NCBI GenBank assembly: GCA_011109175.1
Contig: RDEW01000025.1
Coordinates: 754,701 to 818,700 of the forward strand
DNA from: Dicyema japonicum
Taxonomy: Eukaryota; Animalia; Dicyemida
DNA: 64,000 nucleotides
Reading direction: 5' to 3'
Shown here: positions 51,100-62,939 of the stretch, in pieces
Layout: the number at the start of each line of letters is the position of its first letter
Numbering within the stretch: the first letter of the stretch is position 1
Notes under the pieces: generated by a model
The model's database searches: none
What the model was told of the DNA's origin: nothing
The model's input: the letters and a program-made list of their open reading frames with translations, nothing else
Position numbers and translations under genes: made by a program

Positions 51100-51295
51100 A
51101 TGAAAATGGAAGAGGGTGGACCTATGTCGCCACCTCTCTTCTGAAGCCTGTAATAGACTATTGGAGGATGGATTTGGTCTGCACAAGCAAACGTTCTCCC
51201 TTATGTTCCTTCCTTGGATTAATTACTTGGGACTGTTTGTGGAGGACTTACCAAAGATTGTAACCCTGGGGTTAATAAATAATCAATAAATAAAT
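51100..51295 (+). mobile_element. Short element or LINE 3' UTR with Vingi-type tail
   Basis: Ends ccctggggttaataaataa. About 100 nt are homologous to 62130-62240 (minus). Confidence 0.6.
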
Positions 51296-52689
51296 TATTA
51301 AATTAATTAATTATTCAAATTAAAATGGATTCTGTTTGTTTGATGTTAGTCGTGTTATATTATTTAAAGTTGTAATAAGAACATAGCAAAATACACATGT
51401 CCTCGTTGTAACGTTCAATATTGTGGATCAGATTGTTATAAATCTCCCCAACATATTAAATGTTCTGAAGAATTTTATCAAAAATGCGTATTTGACGAAC
51501 TAAAACTTCAATCGAAAGATCCTAAAATAGAATGGAAGACACACCAATTACTTCAAAAATACAAAGAGGACATCGAGAAGGTTGTATTCTACTAATTTAG
51601 ATTACCAATTTTTATTAACGACAATAGATGGGAAGGGTTGACTTTGGTTATTACGATAAGCATATTTAGATGATTCAGAGACAGTATGTCCAAACTAACT
51701 ACCGACGAAGTTAAAGAATTTGTGGAAATGTTGAAAGAGAAAATATTAATATATAATCCTTGGTGGAAGAACGCAGTTTTGGTTGACTCTCTCCCTCAAA
51801 TAATAGAATCTATTAGGCCCTTCCATCTAATTTGCGCTGTTTAATTAACTTTATTATTATTAGAGTCCCCCATCTGATGGTATTTCTGCTCAGGTTGTTG
51901 CTGTTTTGACTGCCTATGTTATTATTATGAGATTTTACAATGGAGAACCTGACTTTTTAGAGTCTGCTAAGGTTGATGATTGACTGATGTTAGATTATAT
52001 GTGATGCCTGTCCAGCCCTATTTGCAAACTCTAACAAAAAAGTTAATATTGCGGATGCCTTCCATTCTTCCCTATCTGGGATTTGTGCAAATAACAAGGA
52101 CATTGAGTTTATTAGTAATATAAAAGTCGGAATTGGGAGGGATTTGTTATGTCTCCTCCCCTGTAATAACTCTGATCACTGTCTCAGAGGACTTTCTCAC
52201 GTTTATAGAATATTCGATAATATTAAATCGTATAAATCATGTCAAAGAAGAATATATTTTTTGTTATGTTGGTATTATCATTTGGCGTCGATGTGTTGGG
52301 AAAGGATAGGGTTGTACTATATAATAATATTGGTTTTATTATTTATTATTAATAGAGTCTATGGAATCTCAATATTGTGATTTTAATGAGAGAAAGGAAG
52401 TAATGGAGGAGTCTATGGGGAAATCTGATAATATTAAGGATAATACTATTATACGTTTGCTCAATCGTAATTTTAGTTAATTTTGATTTTAATAATTTTG
52501 TATGTGTTTACCATTTAATAATTGCATTTTAATTATATAAGTCGCACGCAGTGTGAGAAACCATGCACTACGAACAACCAATCATGTGTCAATCAATAGT
52601 AGCGCAGCTGTCTGATTGTAAAATCATACAAGGCCCATATTCATAGAATATGCTTTTTAATTTTATTGAAACCTAAATTTTTTTTAAAC

Positions 52690-53230
52690 CTAAATTAAAT
52701 ATATGATTTTTAAGCATCTTCAAAACCAGATTTGTTTTTTAATGTTCTTGTTATGGCAAACTTGAGTATACATCAATAACAGTGAGCATCTATTTGTATT
52801 CATCATTGACAGAATAAAATCTTTTCAGATCAATAAGATCTAGTTCAAACCTTTCATTTGGTTTCAACGCTATGATATGATGTTCTTCATCACTTATCTA
52901 TTAAATATTAAAAAATTACGCAAAAAACACACTTTTAAAGGAGTAAAAAACTTACAGATTTAACTGGAATTAATTACGCTCCAGATAACACTTCTTTTAA
53001 CGTGGAAGTAGTGCTTTTGCGGAAATCCTCCATTTTATTCATTCCAAGATGAGCCTGGTTATGGAGTACTGAGATAAAAAATTCATCTCTTTTTCATTGT
53101 CCGTACAAATCGCAAGCCTGTGATTTCCATTCGGATCTCTAGCTACATTTTGTCGTTAATCAACATGATTTTTTTTGATTTTTTATAAGAGTCAGAATTT
53201 ATTATCTTTGTTGGGAATTGTAATTGCCTG
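52690..53230 (-). mobile_element. Ginger-like integrase fragment, diverged copy with mini-intron
   Basis: HNQAHLGMNKME, ISDEEHHIIALKPNERFELDLIDL, LTVIDVYS. GT-AG intron at 52898-52919. Confidence 0.75.
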
Positions 53231-53699
53231 GTCTTCAAGGATGTGTTCGATTATTTGATGTTCATCTGAACATTTTACGTGACCTCTGTATGCAGGCATC
53301 CTTAGATTTACGAATATTTTCGCGAAAGTTCTATTATATTTTTGGCTACGTCACACCACGCTATAATTGGCCACGCTACTATCGAATGGCGTTTCGTGAT
53401 ATTGATTGACACATGATTAGTTGCTCTTAGTTCATGGTTGCTTACACTGCACACGACATAACAACAGTAATTCTTGGTAGATCAGTGCACATGGATCGCC
53501 TCCATAGCGATCACCATATAGATTTACAAGACTACTTGAACAGAATTTGACGATTGGCTTTTCGCTATGCCTTTCTTCCCAAACTTGCAAAAAATCTTAT
53601 GAAATATTATGTGTCGATCAGTTAAAACATTTTTGTTCTGCGTCTCAAACTGTGCTCCGCAACAGAACCTTATACTACCTTCTTCACTCCCCTTGGTGT

Positions 53700-54590
53700 A
53701 AGCAAGTCTATTAAATTGATGTGTCCAACCCTTGTTTGTGTGTCTGAAGATGTCTCTGCAATTTACCTCAAGCACCTCAGGCTTTGATTGTGTTATTGAG
53801 TTTATATAACTACTCAATCAACTCCCATACATTACCAAATATATAAAGAACACCTTGATTACACCAATCCATCCTCCTATCGCCCGTATCCATAATGCAC
53901 CTTGTCAAAAGTGCTGGAATCTGGAATTGATGTTAATCCCCCCTGTTCTGCCAATGCCTGAATTTCAGAGCAGGCCGTTTTACAATGACTCATTTTGGAT
54001 CCGTACCTCAGTTCATCACAGACGGCTTTAACATGAAAACACTGACGACTTAATTATCGCCCAAAGAGATAGGTCTCCTTCCGTTGTTGTGGGGATGTTC
54101 AGTTTCACCTCAGCCAGGTTTGTTACTAGCTATCCGCAAATGGGTTGTCAGTATCTGGATCAAGTATCACTTCAACTCTTCACTACGGACATGGGATTTT
54201 AGAATGGACTCGAGCTTTGGAGACAGCCCTATTCCATCTACACGAATCCAGAAGATCTTGGAGTAATTTATGACTCTTTAATAACGTTTTCCAGTCGCAC
54301 AGAGGAAGAATTAACCAATGGGCTTCGAAAATGTAATGTTCTAAATGCTATCATAAGAAAGATTCCACTTCGACCTGTAACTTCTACCAGAAAACTCTAT
54401 CTTCAAGTTATTGTGCCGACAATTGAATATGCTTGTTCTGTCTGGAGATTTTCCCCCCAATATAATTCCTCTGCAGACACAAAAGAAAGCACTTCAGGAG
54501 TGCAGTTGGTTCGCTGGCAGAACACTCAAAGAGAGTTCGGGAGCTATTGGAGGCAAGGGTCTTGGGAATTTAAATCAATAATAAATATCT
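53700..54590 (+). mobile_element. Degenerate Ingi/Vingi-like LINE with tail
   Basis: PSSYRP...CTLSKVLE, ADDLIIAQRDRSPS, LYLQVIVPTIEYACSVW. Ends gggtcttgggaatttaaatcaataataaa. Confidence 0.7.
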
Positions 54591-54659
54591 AGGTCAGCAT
54601 TTTGAAAAATGTCGACTTGCTTTGTTATTTGGGAATTCTTTTTTTTGGAATGTTAGCGT

Positions 54660-54744
54660 GGTGTCATGTGGCTCACCAGAAACGGTGTCACTCATTCCAA
54701 AATGGAACGAAAAGAGCCAACAGCTTCTCCCCACCGTCCGGTGG
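54660..54744 (+). ncRNA. Candidate HDV-like pseudoknot RNA plus 3' hairpin at the LINE 5' end
   Basis: P1 ggtgtc/gtcact, P2 tggctc/gagcca, P3 acc/ggt, P4 ttcca/tggaa, J4/2 cgaaaa. Pairing is supported by compensatory changes in six other copies. Confidence 0.6.
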
Positions 54745-54781
54745 TCCTCTCATCTCCTGTGTCTTCGACCCTGTCTGGTGT

Positions 54782-54841
54782 CCCCATTTATCCAGACTTT
54801 TGATTCTTCTATGTGGGGACGTCGAAACCAATCCTGGTCCA
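54782..54841 (+). other. 2A-like StopGo (ribosome skipping) peptide
   Basis: In-frame RLLILLCGDVETNPG-P matches the D(V/I)ExNPGP consensus, directly upstream of the APE domain. Confidence 0.9.
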
Positions 54842-57677
54842 TGGAGAGATTTTACAATTATACAACTGAATACGAATGGGATCAGAAAGAACATCTTTGA
54901 ACTCCAGGCACTCCTCCGCGAAAATGAGGCTGACCTCGCTTTAATACAGGAGTCCAAGCTATCTCCCTCCATACCAACACCCTCTTTTCCCGGATACACA
55001 GTGATCCGTAAAGATCGTCAGGGAGGACGCGGAGGAGGACTACTTACTATTATAAAGAACGATATTCCTTTTATGGATACAACTCAACGAACCTCAGAGC
55101 TTCTTGGCTCCGACAAGACTTTGGAGCAGATTACTGTCAAAATCGAGTTATTCCCGTCCTTTTGGATCCATTTGGCTAATTTATATATTCCTCCACAAGG
55201 ATCGTGTCCGTCATCTTACACCCCTGATTTATCACGCATTTCAACATTGAAAAATCTACTGTTATGTGGGGATCTTAATGCACGACATCCAGTTTGGCTC
55301 ACTTCCCAATCCTCTGATAACCGAGGAGAACTCATTGCAAATTATCTTCCTGACCTGATTATACTGAACAACCCTAACTCACATACGAGGACCCCATTAA
55401 GGATGACTGATAGCTGCACATCCCCCGACTTAACACTATGCTCACCTTCTCTGGCTGGACTCATTTCCTGGAACGTCTTTTACGGCTTCTCCAGTGACCA
55501 CAATCCAATCCTTCTAAAACTGAGAGGTCTTCGACGATACAGGAGACGGCCGGCGGAATCAAAAAGATTCAAGGATTATACGAAGGTTGACTGGTCTGGT
55601 TTCAGTAACCTTGTGGATAAATTCTTGGCCCGGAGATTATCCTCCCCAATACGCTCTATTGATGAGGCCGCAGAAATTATCAGCGCTGCCATTCAGAAAG
55701 CTGACCATATTTTTATTCCTATATCGTCATACAAGAAGTTTATTCCTACCCTCAGCTCTTATACAATAAGTCTTATAAAACAAAGAGACCGGCTGAAGAG
55801 ATGCCATCTGTTGGACATGAAGTCTTTGACAGCCCTCAGACAACTGAATAAAAGGATCTGTCAGAGCATAAAAGAACACAAGGACAAGAGATGGCAGCAT
55901 CTAGTTAACCACCTCGACAGGAAAAGTACATCCCGACATTTCTGGAAAACTCTTAAACAAGTCAAGTCGGAGCTGGATGATGCAGACGGAACCGGAAAGT
56001 CTTCTCCTGAACACTTATGCCACCTACATCCTAACACCTTATGAAACATTACGCTGGAATTAGCTTCAAACCATTCTCGAAACACCTGGACATTAAGGTG
56101 CGTGCCCATAAACCGAAGAAGGAACCTTACACGAAACATTCACAGATGACCAAGTCTTGGATGAGATCACCAGATTAAAGAGCTCACGGGCGTGCGGGCC
56201 TGACAAAGTATCCTCTATTCACCTAAAACACCTAAGCCACTACGCAATTGGCTACCTCACGCATATATACAACTGTCCATTAACTATAATATTATTCCCA
56301 AGATTTGGAAGAATTCTATCATCAGACCGATATTGAAGGCTGGGAAACCAGAGACAGAACCTGCATCCTACAGGCCTATTTCCGTTACCAGCACACTGTC
56401 AAAAATTATGGAGAAACTTGTATTATCAGTCATTATTCCGTATCTTCCGCGTCCTATATTTCAACATGGTTTCCTCCGCGGTAGGTCCACCGCTACATAC
56501 TTGGCAACTTTATCGCAGTTCATTGCCGACGGTTTTAACACTCATCCCTGCCTCACAAACGCACAATCTTGGTTTCTATTGACATCAACAAAGCCTTTGA
56601 CACTGTTTCGAGGAAAATCCTGGTTGGAAAAATATTTTCTACTAATATTCGTCCGAATGTGAAATTATGGCTGGCCAACTTTTTGTCTGGAAGACGTGGA
56701 AGAGTAGTCAGTGGTGATCTCAGATCTAGATCACGATTACTACCGAACGGGGTACCCCAGGGGTCTCCACTTTCACCAATTCTATTCAACCTATTCCTAC
56801 ACGACCTACCTAATGATGGAGACGAAGATTCCCTGCTATTATCCTACGCAGACGATGTAGTCATTGCAATACGGAACCGCTCGACGCAAGTCGCATCCCT
56901 TAAAACTCAGACAAAATTGAACACTCTCCACGATTGGATTGTTGGCAATCGACTTACGATTTCTGTCACCAAGTCTATCTGTTCCACATTCACGACGGAC
57001 CGTCGTTCCAAGGATGAACCGAGTATTTTCATTGGTTCCACTCGGATTCCAGTGACAAGGTCCACCCCTGTCCTTGGAGTCAAGTACGACAGCCTTCTCA
57101 ATTTCAACTCCCACGCAACAGACATGATCACCAGGGGCCTCCAGAAAGTTAACGTTATACACGCCCTTGTTCGGAGGACCACGAGGAACATGGACTTTTC
57201 CGTCTCTACCAACAAACAATCGCGCCTACCATTGAGTATGCCTCCGTTGCATGGAGATTCGGGCTATAGGAGTCTATGGTCGAAAGAATCAACTCGATAT
57301 ACCGGAAAACAATCAGTATGTTTTGCCCACGTTATGGATCAACAGTTGACCTACTACTCATGGAAGCTATGATCCGTAGTCGTGGCTCCGGATTTCTTCG
57401 CCTCTGTGAAGAAGATGGAAATCCGCTTCGCCTGATTTTTTCCATAGCAAGAGAAAACCGATTGGATAAGAAATTCCCTCGATCGGATTCCTCTGCAAGA
57501 CCGAGAGAAAGCTCTTCCGGAAAGTAGTGGGACGATGAAAGATCACAGACGTCGAATGGCACAAGTGATTGCGAGGACTGGGAACCTAACTGTTGACTCT
57601 TTTGTCTTTCTTTCTCGGTGTTCCCGGGGTTATTAAAATAAAATAAAAATAAATAAATTTGGGAATTCTGTTTAGAC

Positions 57678-58740
57678 CAGTGTTTCTCAAACTGGGGTCT
57701 GCGGTCCAAAAATGACCGCGAAATAATCTTTAGTAATTTATATTAGTCTACTTTATATTATATTTTTTAAAATTATTTTGAATTAAATTTTAAAAAGAAC
57801 ATGCTTAATTTTATTCTTGTAGGAATGCCTGTTCAAATAATTTAATGAATAAAAATACATATATCAAATATGGATTCACTCTGATAACTTCTGAAGGTAA
57901 ATGTTCCAATGTTACAATTTTTTGCTATCCAAATTGATGAAAGCAGGGATATCGCCAATTTATTTCAATTATTCGTATATGTTCGTTATATACATGCAAG
58001 CACTTTGAAGATGAATTCTTGTTTTGTGAAGCTCTCAGCACTAATACAACCACCAGGGATATTTTTGATAAACTTGACAGATTTTTTGAAGTGCATGGTA
58101 TCAATTGGAATAATTTAATTGGTGTGTGCACAGACGGTGTACCAGGAATGTTTGAATGCCGTTCCGGATTTCAAACCTTAGTCAAGGAAAAATCCGCAAA
58201 TGCTATTGGTATATATTGCGTGATTCACCGTCATGCATTGATGATGAAAACCTTGGCTGACGATTTGAAAAATGTCATGAATATCATAATTAAAACGATA
58301 AACTACATTAAAACCAAAGCACTTAATTCTTCTCTATTTACTGAATTGTGCAAAGAAAATGACTGAATTTGAGACTCTTTTGTTGCATTCACATGTGAGA
58401 TGGCTTTCATAAGGAAAAGTATTGAAGTGAGCATTCATAATACGAAAAGAAATAATGAATTTCTTAAAGACGTCAAACCGAAACTGCATTAAAAATTTTC
58501 TGATACTCGTTTATTGACTTTATTGGCATTTTTGGTGAATTTATTTGAATCTGTGAATTTTGTTAACTTGCAACAGGAAGAAAGAGATACCACAGTCTTC
58601 CATTGCCATGAAAAAATGACTGGTTTCAAAATGAAACAAGAACTGTGGAATTCGAAATTAAATAGTTACAACTTTGCTTTATTTTCACATATATTTATCG
58701 ATGAAAATGAACTTTGCATAACTACAGCATTGATGTGATG
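57678..58740 (+). mobile_element. hAT (Buster/Charlie-like) transposon remnant with left TIR
   Basis: Starts cagtgtttctcaaactgggg. FAIQIDESRD, VCTDGVPGM, YCVIHRHAL, HVRWLS. Confidence 0.88.
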
Positions 58741-59007
58741 AAAACAACATATATTATATAACCGCTTTTATGGTTTTTTGATAATTATGGTAGAAAGCAT
58801 CCATCACCGGTCTCCTTTTGATGCTGAGAAATGACCAGGGTTTCTTACGTTTCTGCAAAGAGCTATATATAGCATTTGATCATCTCAAAAAACAACTGCA
58901 ATCACTCTACGGTCTTTGACCATCTCAGAGACCCGCGGAAATATCTCTAAAGTCTTTAACAATCTCAGAGAACCAATGCAATAACTCTAATCTTTGGCCT
59001 ACCTTAG

Positions 59008-59341
59008 TAATATTAATAATATTGGCACTTTCTGAGGAGCCATATCAGTTATTGCTCCCCGCAGGCAGAACACACACTTATTTTAAGCAAAGAACGATTA
59101 TAATAGCTAATCGAGGGAGGATCAAGGAATGCTCTTCACATCTTTGTTTTCTTTTTCTTGGATGTATTATGTCCTTTATAGACATTCCGGTTCCGCAGTG
59201 AAGTTCACTGATGACGTCGTCACTCGTCAAACCAAAGCATATTGATGCGTGGAACCTTCAACCGAAATGTGCAGTATCGGGATTCGAACTAGCGACCGTC
59301 AGGCCTCTTCCCCGGCAACCGTCACATTGCGCCTCCCGGCC
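59008..59341 (-). mobile_element. Family A SINE, diverged subfamily with a different tRNA-like head
   Basis: Minus strand: ggccgggaggcgcaatg...gttcgaatccc head, then the family A body and an AT-rich tail. Confidence 0.82.
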
Positions 59342-60569
59342 GACTACTTTAGATCAGTGAAAAAAAGCACGTGGAGTTATATTTCAATTCGAATATAAAT
59401 TAAATCGCATAAATGAAATTATAATTGAGTTAATCACCTTAATTTTTGCATGAGTAATTTTTTTACAAATTTGTCAGTGAGTGACTTTTTAAAATTCAAA
59501 CATAAAAAAGCATGCCTAATTTCTGTAAGAACAGTTTATGCTAAGATCTCTGAATCCATTGAAATTACAATAATTAATATTTATCATCGATTATTTTTGA
59601 AACCCGCTTAAGCTTGCATCAATTAGATCCCACTATCATATAGAAGTTCTTTCGAAACCAAAACAGGGAAGGAAAGTCCAGTAAGGGATCTCCCGAGGAT
59701 CCAGTGCGGTACGGATGGTCAAGTAGTCTTTTCGTGTCACACAACATATGGCATAGGGTAACAATATGATAGGTGGACACTTATTTCTAACCAATTTCAT
59801 GAACAGAAGAGAAACCTTCTCCCAAGCACCCAGGAGGGAGTCGAATCCATACCAACACAAATAGTGCATGGAATCCTTACTTCAAATCTACTCTGTTTCT
59901 TATGTCAAATTTGCTAAATGTCCTAAATAATTATCATATCAATGCTATCGATTTTAGATTTTCTGAAATTATAAAACTAATCGATAATTAATTCAATAAG
60001 AAACCCAGTAAGCGTGCCAAATGTTACATTTGCGTCAACACAGTCCATTCTCCAAAATTCTAAGTGATTCAAACAGCATACTTGGCATTTTTGATCACTT
60101 CAGATATGGTTTTTATTCTATACCACAAACCGAATGACCACAGACATAAACTGAAATTTCCTCATTTAAACTGTCTAATAAATTTCTTTAATGACATTAT
60201 GTGTTTGCTGACCAATTTAGTTTCATTGTTTTAATTAAATTCTGCTTGAACTTGTTTATTTTTAAGCGTCATCATTTAACGACTTAATTGCATTCAGATG
60301 TTATAATAACGAAATTTTCAATGCACTTGAGAAAAAACTCCGATTTTTATATAAATTCGCAAACAAATAAAATTTTAACAGGACAACCCACTTAAAAGCA
60401 AAAAATGTATAATTTGAAGCTCAAACTGAAAAAATCCTAAACTTTTTTTGCTGTGCTATAATCAATTGTTCCATAAAATCAATTAATAGCCAGGCAACAT
60501 CAATTTGGATAAAGTTAAAGAAAAGTATGTTAGCCAATAAAGTGAATTAGGAATGTTAGGGAATAAATA

Positions 60570-61130
60570 TTACTTGCTGGTCATCATGGTCACAAATTCT
60601 GTGGATTAGCTGAAACAAAACCTTCATAGTTGACCTGACCGTCTCCGTCAATATCTGCTTCTCTCATCATTTCTTGGAGTTCCTCTTCAGTTAGCTTCTC
60701 CCCAAGATTCGTAAGAACTCCTTGAAGTTCTTTAATGCTGATAAATCCATTCCCATCCTTGTCGAATACTCGAAAGGCTTCTCGGATTTCTGTATCCGAA
60801 TTTTTATCATCATTGGTTCTACTCATCACTGTCAAAAACTCAGGAAAGTCAATCGTTCCGTTGTCTAAAAATGTTTGACAAATATTTACTGTCAGCATCA
60901 ACTTCATTAATCATCTCCTGGAGATCTGCCTCGGTTGGATTCTGGCCCAAGGATCGCATCACTGTTCCGAGCTCTTTCGTGGTAATAGTTCCATCGCCAT
61001 CCTTATCAAACAGAGAGAAGGCCTCTTTAAAATCTGAAAACGTCTCATTAGATTATAAACCTGCAATTTGGTCTTCAGTTAATTCCTCGCTCTAGAAAGA
61101 TAATCAATTAAACACAAAAAAAGATACCAT
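60570..61130 (-). CDS. Calmodulin or calmodulin-like protein (4 EF hands), 4 introns
   Basis: Spliced [70 protein letters not shown]...[10 protein letters not shown]. Introns of 36, 27, 25 and 23 nt. Confidence 0.95.
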
Positions 61131-61286
61131 GACCTGCTAATGTACTATATATCTTTAGACAAATTTAAAAGCAATTTATTAAAATGGGTTAACCAAAATA
61201 AAAAATAATATTATAATTTGTAAATGAAATGAATTTTATGCGTTTTATTAATTTTCTAATTTATTTATTAACCCCAAGCTTAATGC

Positions 61287-61614
61287 GCCGGGTGGCATAG
61301 TGGTTAGTTGTCGGGCTTAAGTGGCTTAGGCTACGGGTTCGAATTTCGCTGCTGTTCACCTGGTGGAAGGTTCCACACATCTACGATGCAGAAAGGGTTT
61401 GACGAGTGAAGTCGTCATCAGTGGATACTCACTGCGGAACTGGATTGTCTAGAAAGGACACTCACACAAGAAAAGGAAAAAAAGAAGTGAAGATCATTCC
61501 TTGGTTCTACGATTAGTTAAAATTAACTGTTCTTTACTTAAATAAAGTGTGTGTTTTGCCTATGCGGAGCTATAAATACTATAGCTCTCGTGAAAAGGCT
61601 TTATTATTATTATT
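61287..61614 (+). mobile_element. tRNA-headed SINE (family A), full length
   Basis: 13-bp TSD aagcttaatgcgc at 61276-61288 and 61615-61627 (overlapping the head by 2 nt). Confidence 0.92.
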
Positions 61615-61629
61615 AAGCTTAATGCGCTG

Positions 61630-62030
61630 TCGTCTTGTTTAATCAACTTTCTAAAACCGACGGTAGAGTATGCTTGTGCCTCATGAGCCTGTGGAGCTTC
61701 AATATCCAATTCATACAAGATCAACTCCCTAACAGGCAAAATTGCACGTCTAACAAATCTACCCCGATCTTTTCCCCCAATGCTTGACCACGCCACAATC
61801 AAAAATAATGGCTTCCGGCTTCATCTGTCTGTGTGGTCAAGAAACAAGTCGTTTCTTCCAGTCATGGCTAGAGGCCTCAAATACACAAGAATTTGGGGAA
61901 AAAACTCACCCCTCTTCAAACTCTAATGAAGGATGATCGTCGTCTATTCAGGAAAGACGTGGGTACTCTGGAGGAACATTTGAAAAACTTCTCGATCCTG
62001 TTGAGGCGTACGTCATGCGGTTCACCAGTT
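61630..62030 (+). mobile_element. LINE C-terminal fragment
   Basis: FLKPTVEYACAS* resembles the APTIEYA..W motif of other copies. Confidence 0.45.
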
Positions 62031-62099
62031 GTTGTGGTGGCGCGCAGTGCAAGTTCTGGATGGAAAAGAACCGTTCGACATTCCCCACCCTTCTACGAC

Positions 62100-62240
62100 T
62101 TTCAGAAGGGTGACTATCAATTCCCTCAGCACAACCAGACACAACTAATTAATCCATGGAGAGAACCCAAGGGAGAACGTCTGCTTGTGCAGAACAGATC
62201 CATCCTCCAATAGTTTATTACAGGCTTCCACTTCAGAAGT
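62100..62240 (-). repeat. Segment homologous to 51135-51240
   Basis: gaagcctgtaata.actattggaggatggat...ttctccctt...ggattaatta is shared. Confidence 0.75.
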
Positions 62241-62244
62241 TGAA

Positions 62245-62600
62245 TCAGTTGGGCACGTGCGAAATTGTCAAAGGCAAAAGAGCAGGTTTTGATCAACAAG
62301 TGCCTTTCCATGTCTTAAGGAACTCATTTTTGTGGATTTCGTTGTATGTGAAGAAGGCTTATGATTCAGTTGAATGCCTGCACAGTCTGTGTATGCCTTT
62401 GTGGTTTATCAGCTTTGTATTAGCTGTACTGAATAGGTGGAGTATTCATTTTAACTATAATAGACGGCAAATAGTGGATGTAAAACTTAAGATGGAGATC
62501 CTTTAGGGTGATAGCATGTCTCTGATACTCTTTGTTTTCTGTTGGAACCATTAATCCGCCACCTCAATGAACGTCGAGAGCAAATATCAGTTAATTGCAT
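62245..62600 (+). mobile_element. R4/Dong-like RT fragment
   Basis: QLGT..NCQ.AKEQVLINKCL, VKKAYDSV, GDSMS.ILFV...EPL. Confidence 0.7.
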
Positions 62601-62939
62601 TTTCTGAACTATTCTGACTAATCAATACATTCAAGGGTTATTTAGGTATCCTTTAATGAACTTGCACTCCTTCTACATTCTGAGATGTCAAGGAGAACCC
62701 AGACCTACTTCTGCTGCGCATTTAATCTTTTTCTATGTAACACTACATTCAAACATCCGGCGAGACAAATGACTACTTGGGTGGGGAAAAGTAAAAAATC
62801 AGAATGGGGAGACAGTTCTCATCTACTACAATCAGACCGGTCTGGATTCATATAGACAGGTCGCATTACTCTGTCCAATTGTGAAAATCCGGAGAGGCAG
62901 ATTCTCAAAAATCAAAGACTTTTAACGTGAAATTTCAGC

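Larger units (their letters stand above)
54640..57656 (+). mobile_element. Full-length Ingi/Vingi-like LINE (leader-2A-APE-RT, no RNase H seen), frameshifted as assembled
   Basis: 13-bp TSD atttgggaattct at 54627-54639 and 57657-57669. APE (QLNTNG, LIQESKL, GGGLL, GDLNARH, SPDLT, SDH), RT (SYRPIS, QHGF, DINKAFD, GVPQGSPLSP, YADD) and an A-rich tail. Confidence 0.93.

Noticed and set aside
54602-54649. ORF-track start at 54602 for the LINE ORF
   Set aside because: It lies upstream of and within the left TSD (54627-54639), i.e. flanking DNA. The first in-element in-frame ATG is 54650.
58870-59005. CRISPR-like array
   Set aside because: Units are degenerate and contiguous with no unique spacers. 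Eukaryotic context, no cas genes.
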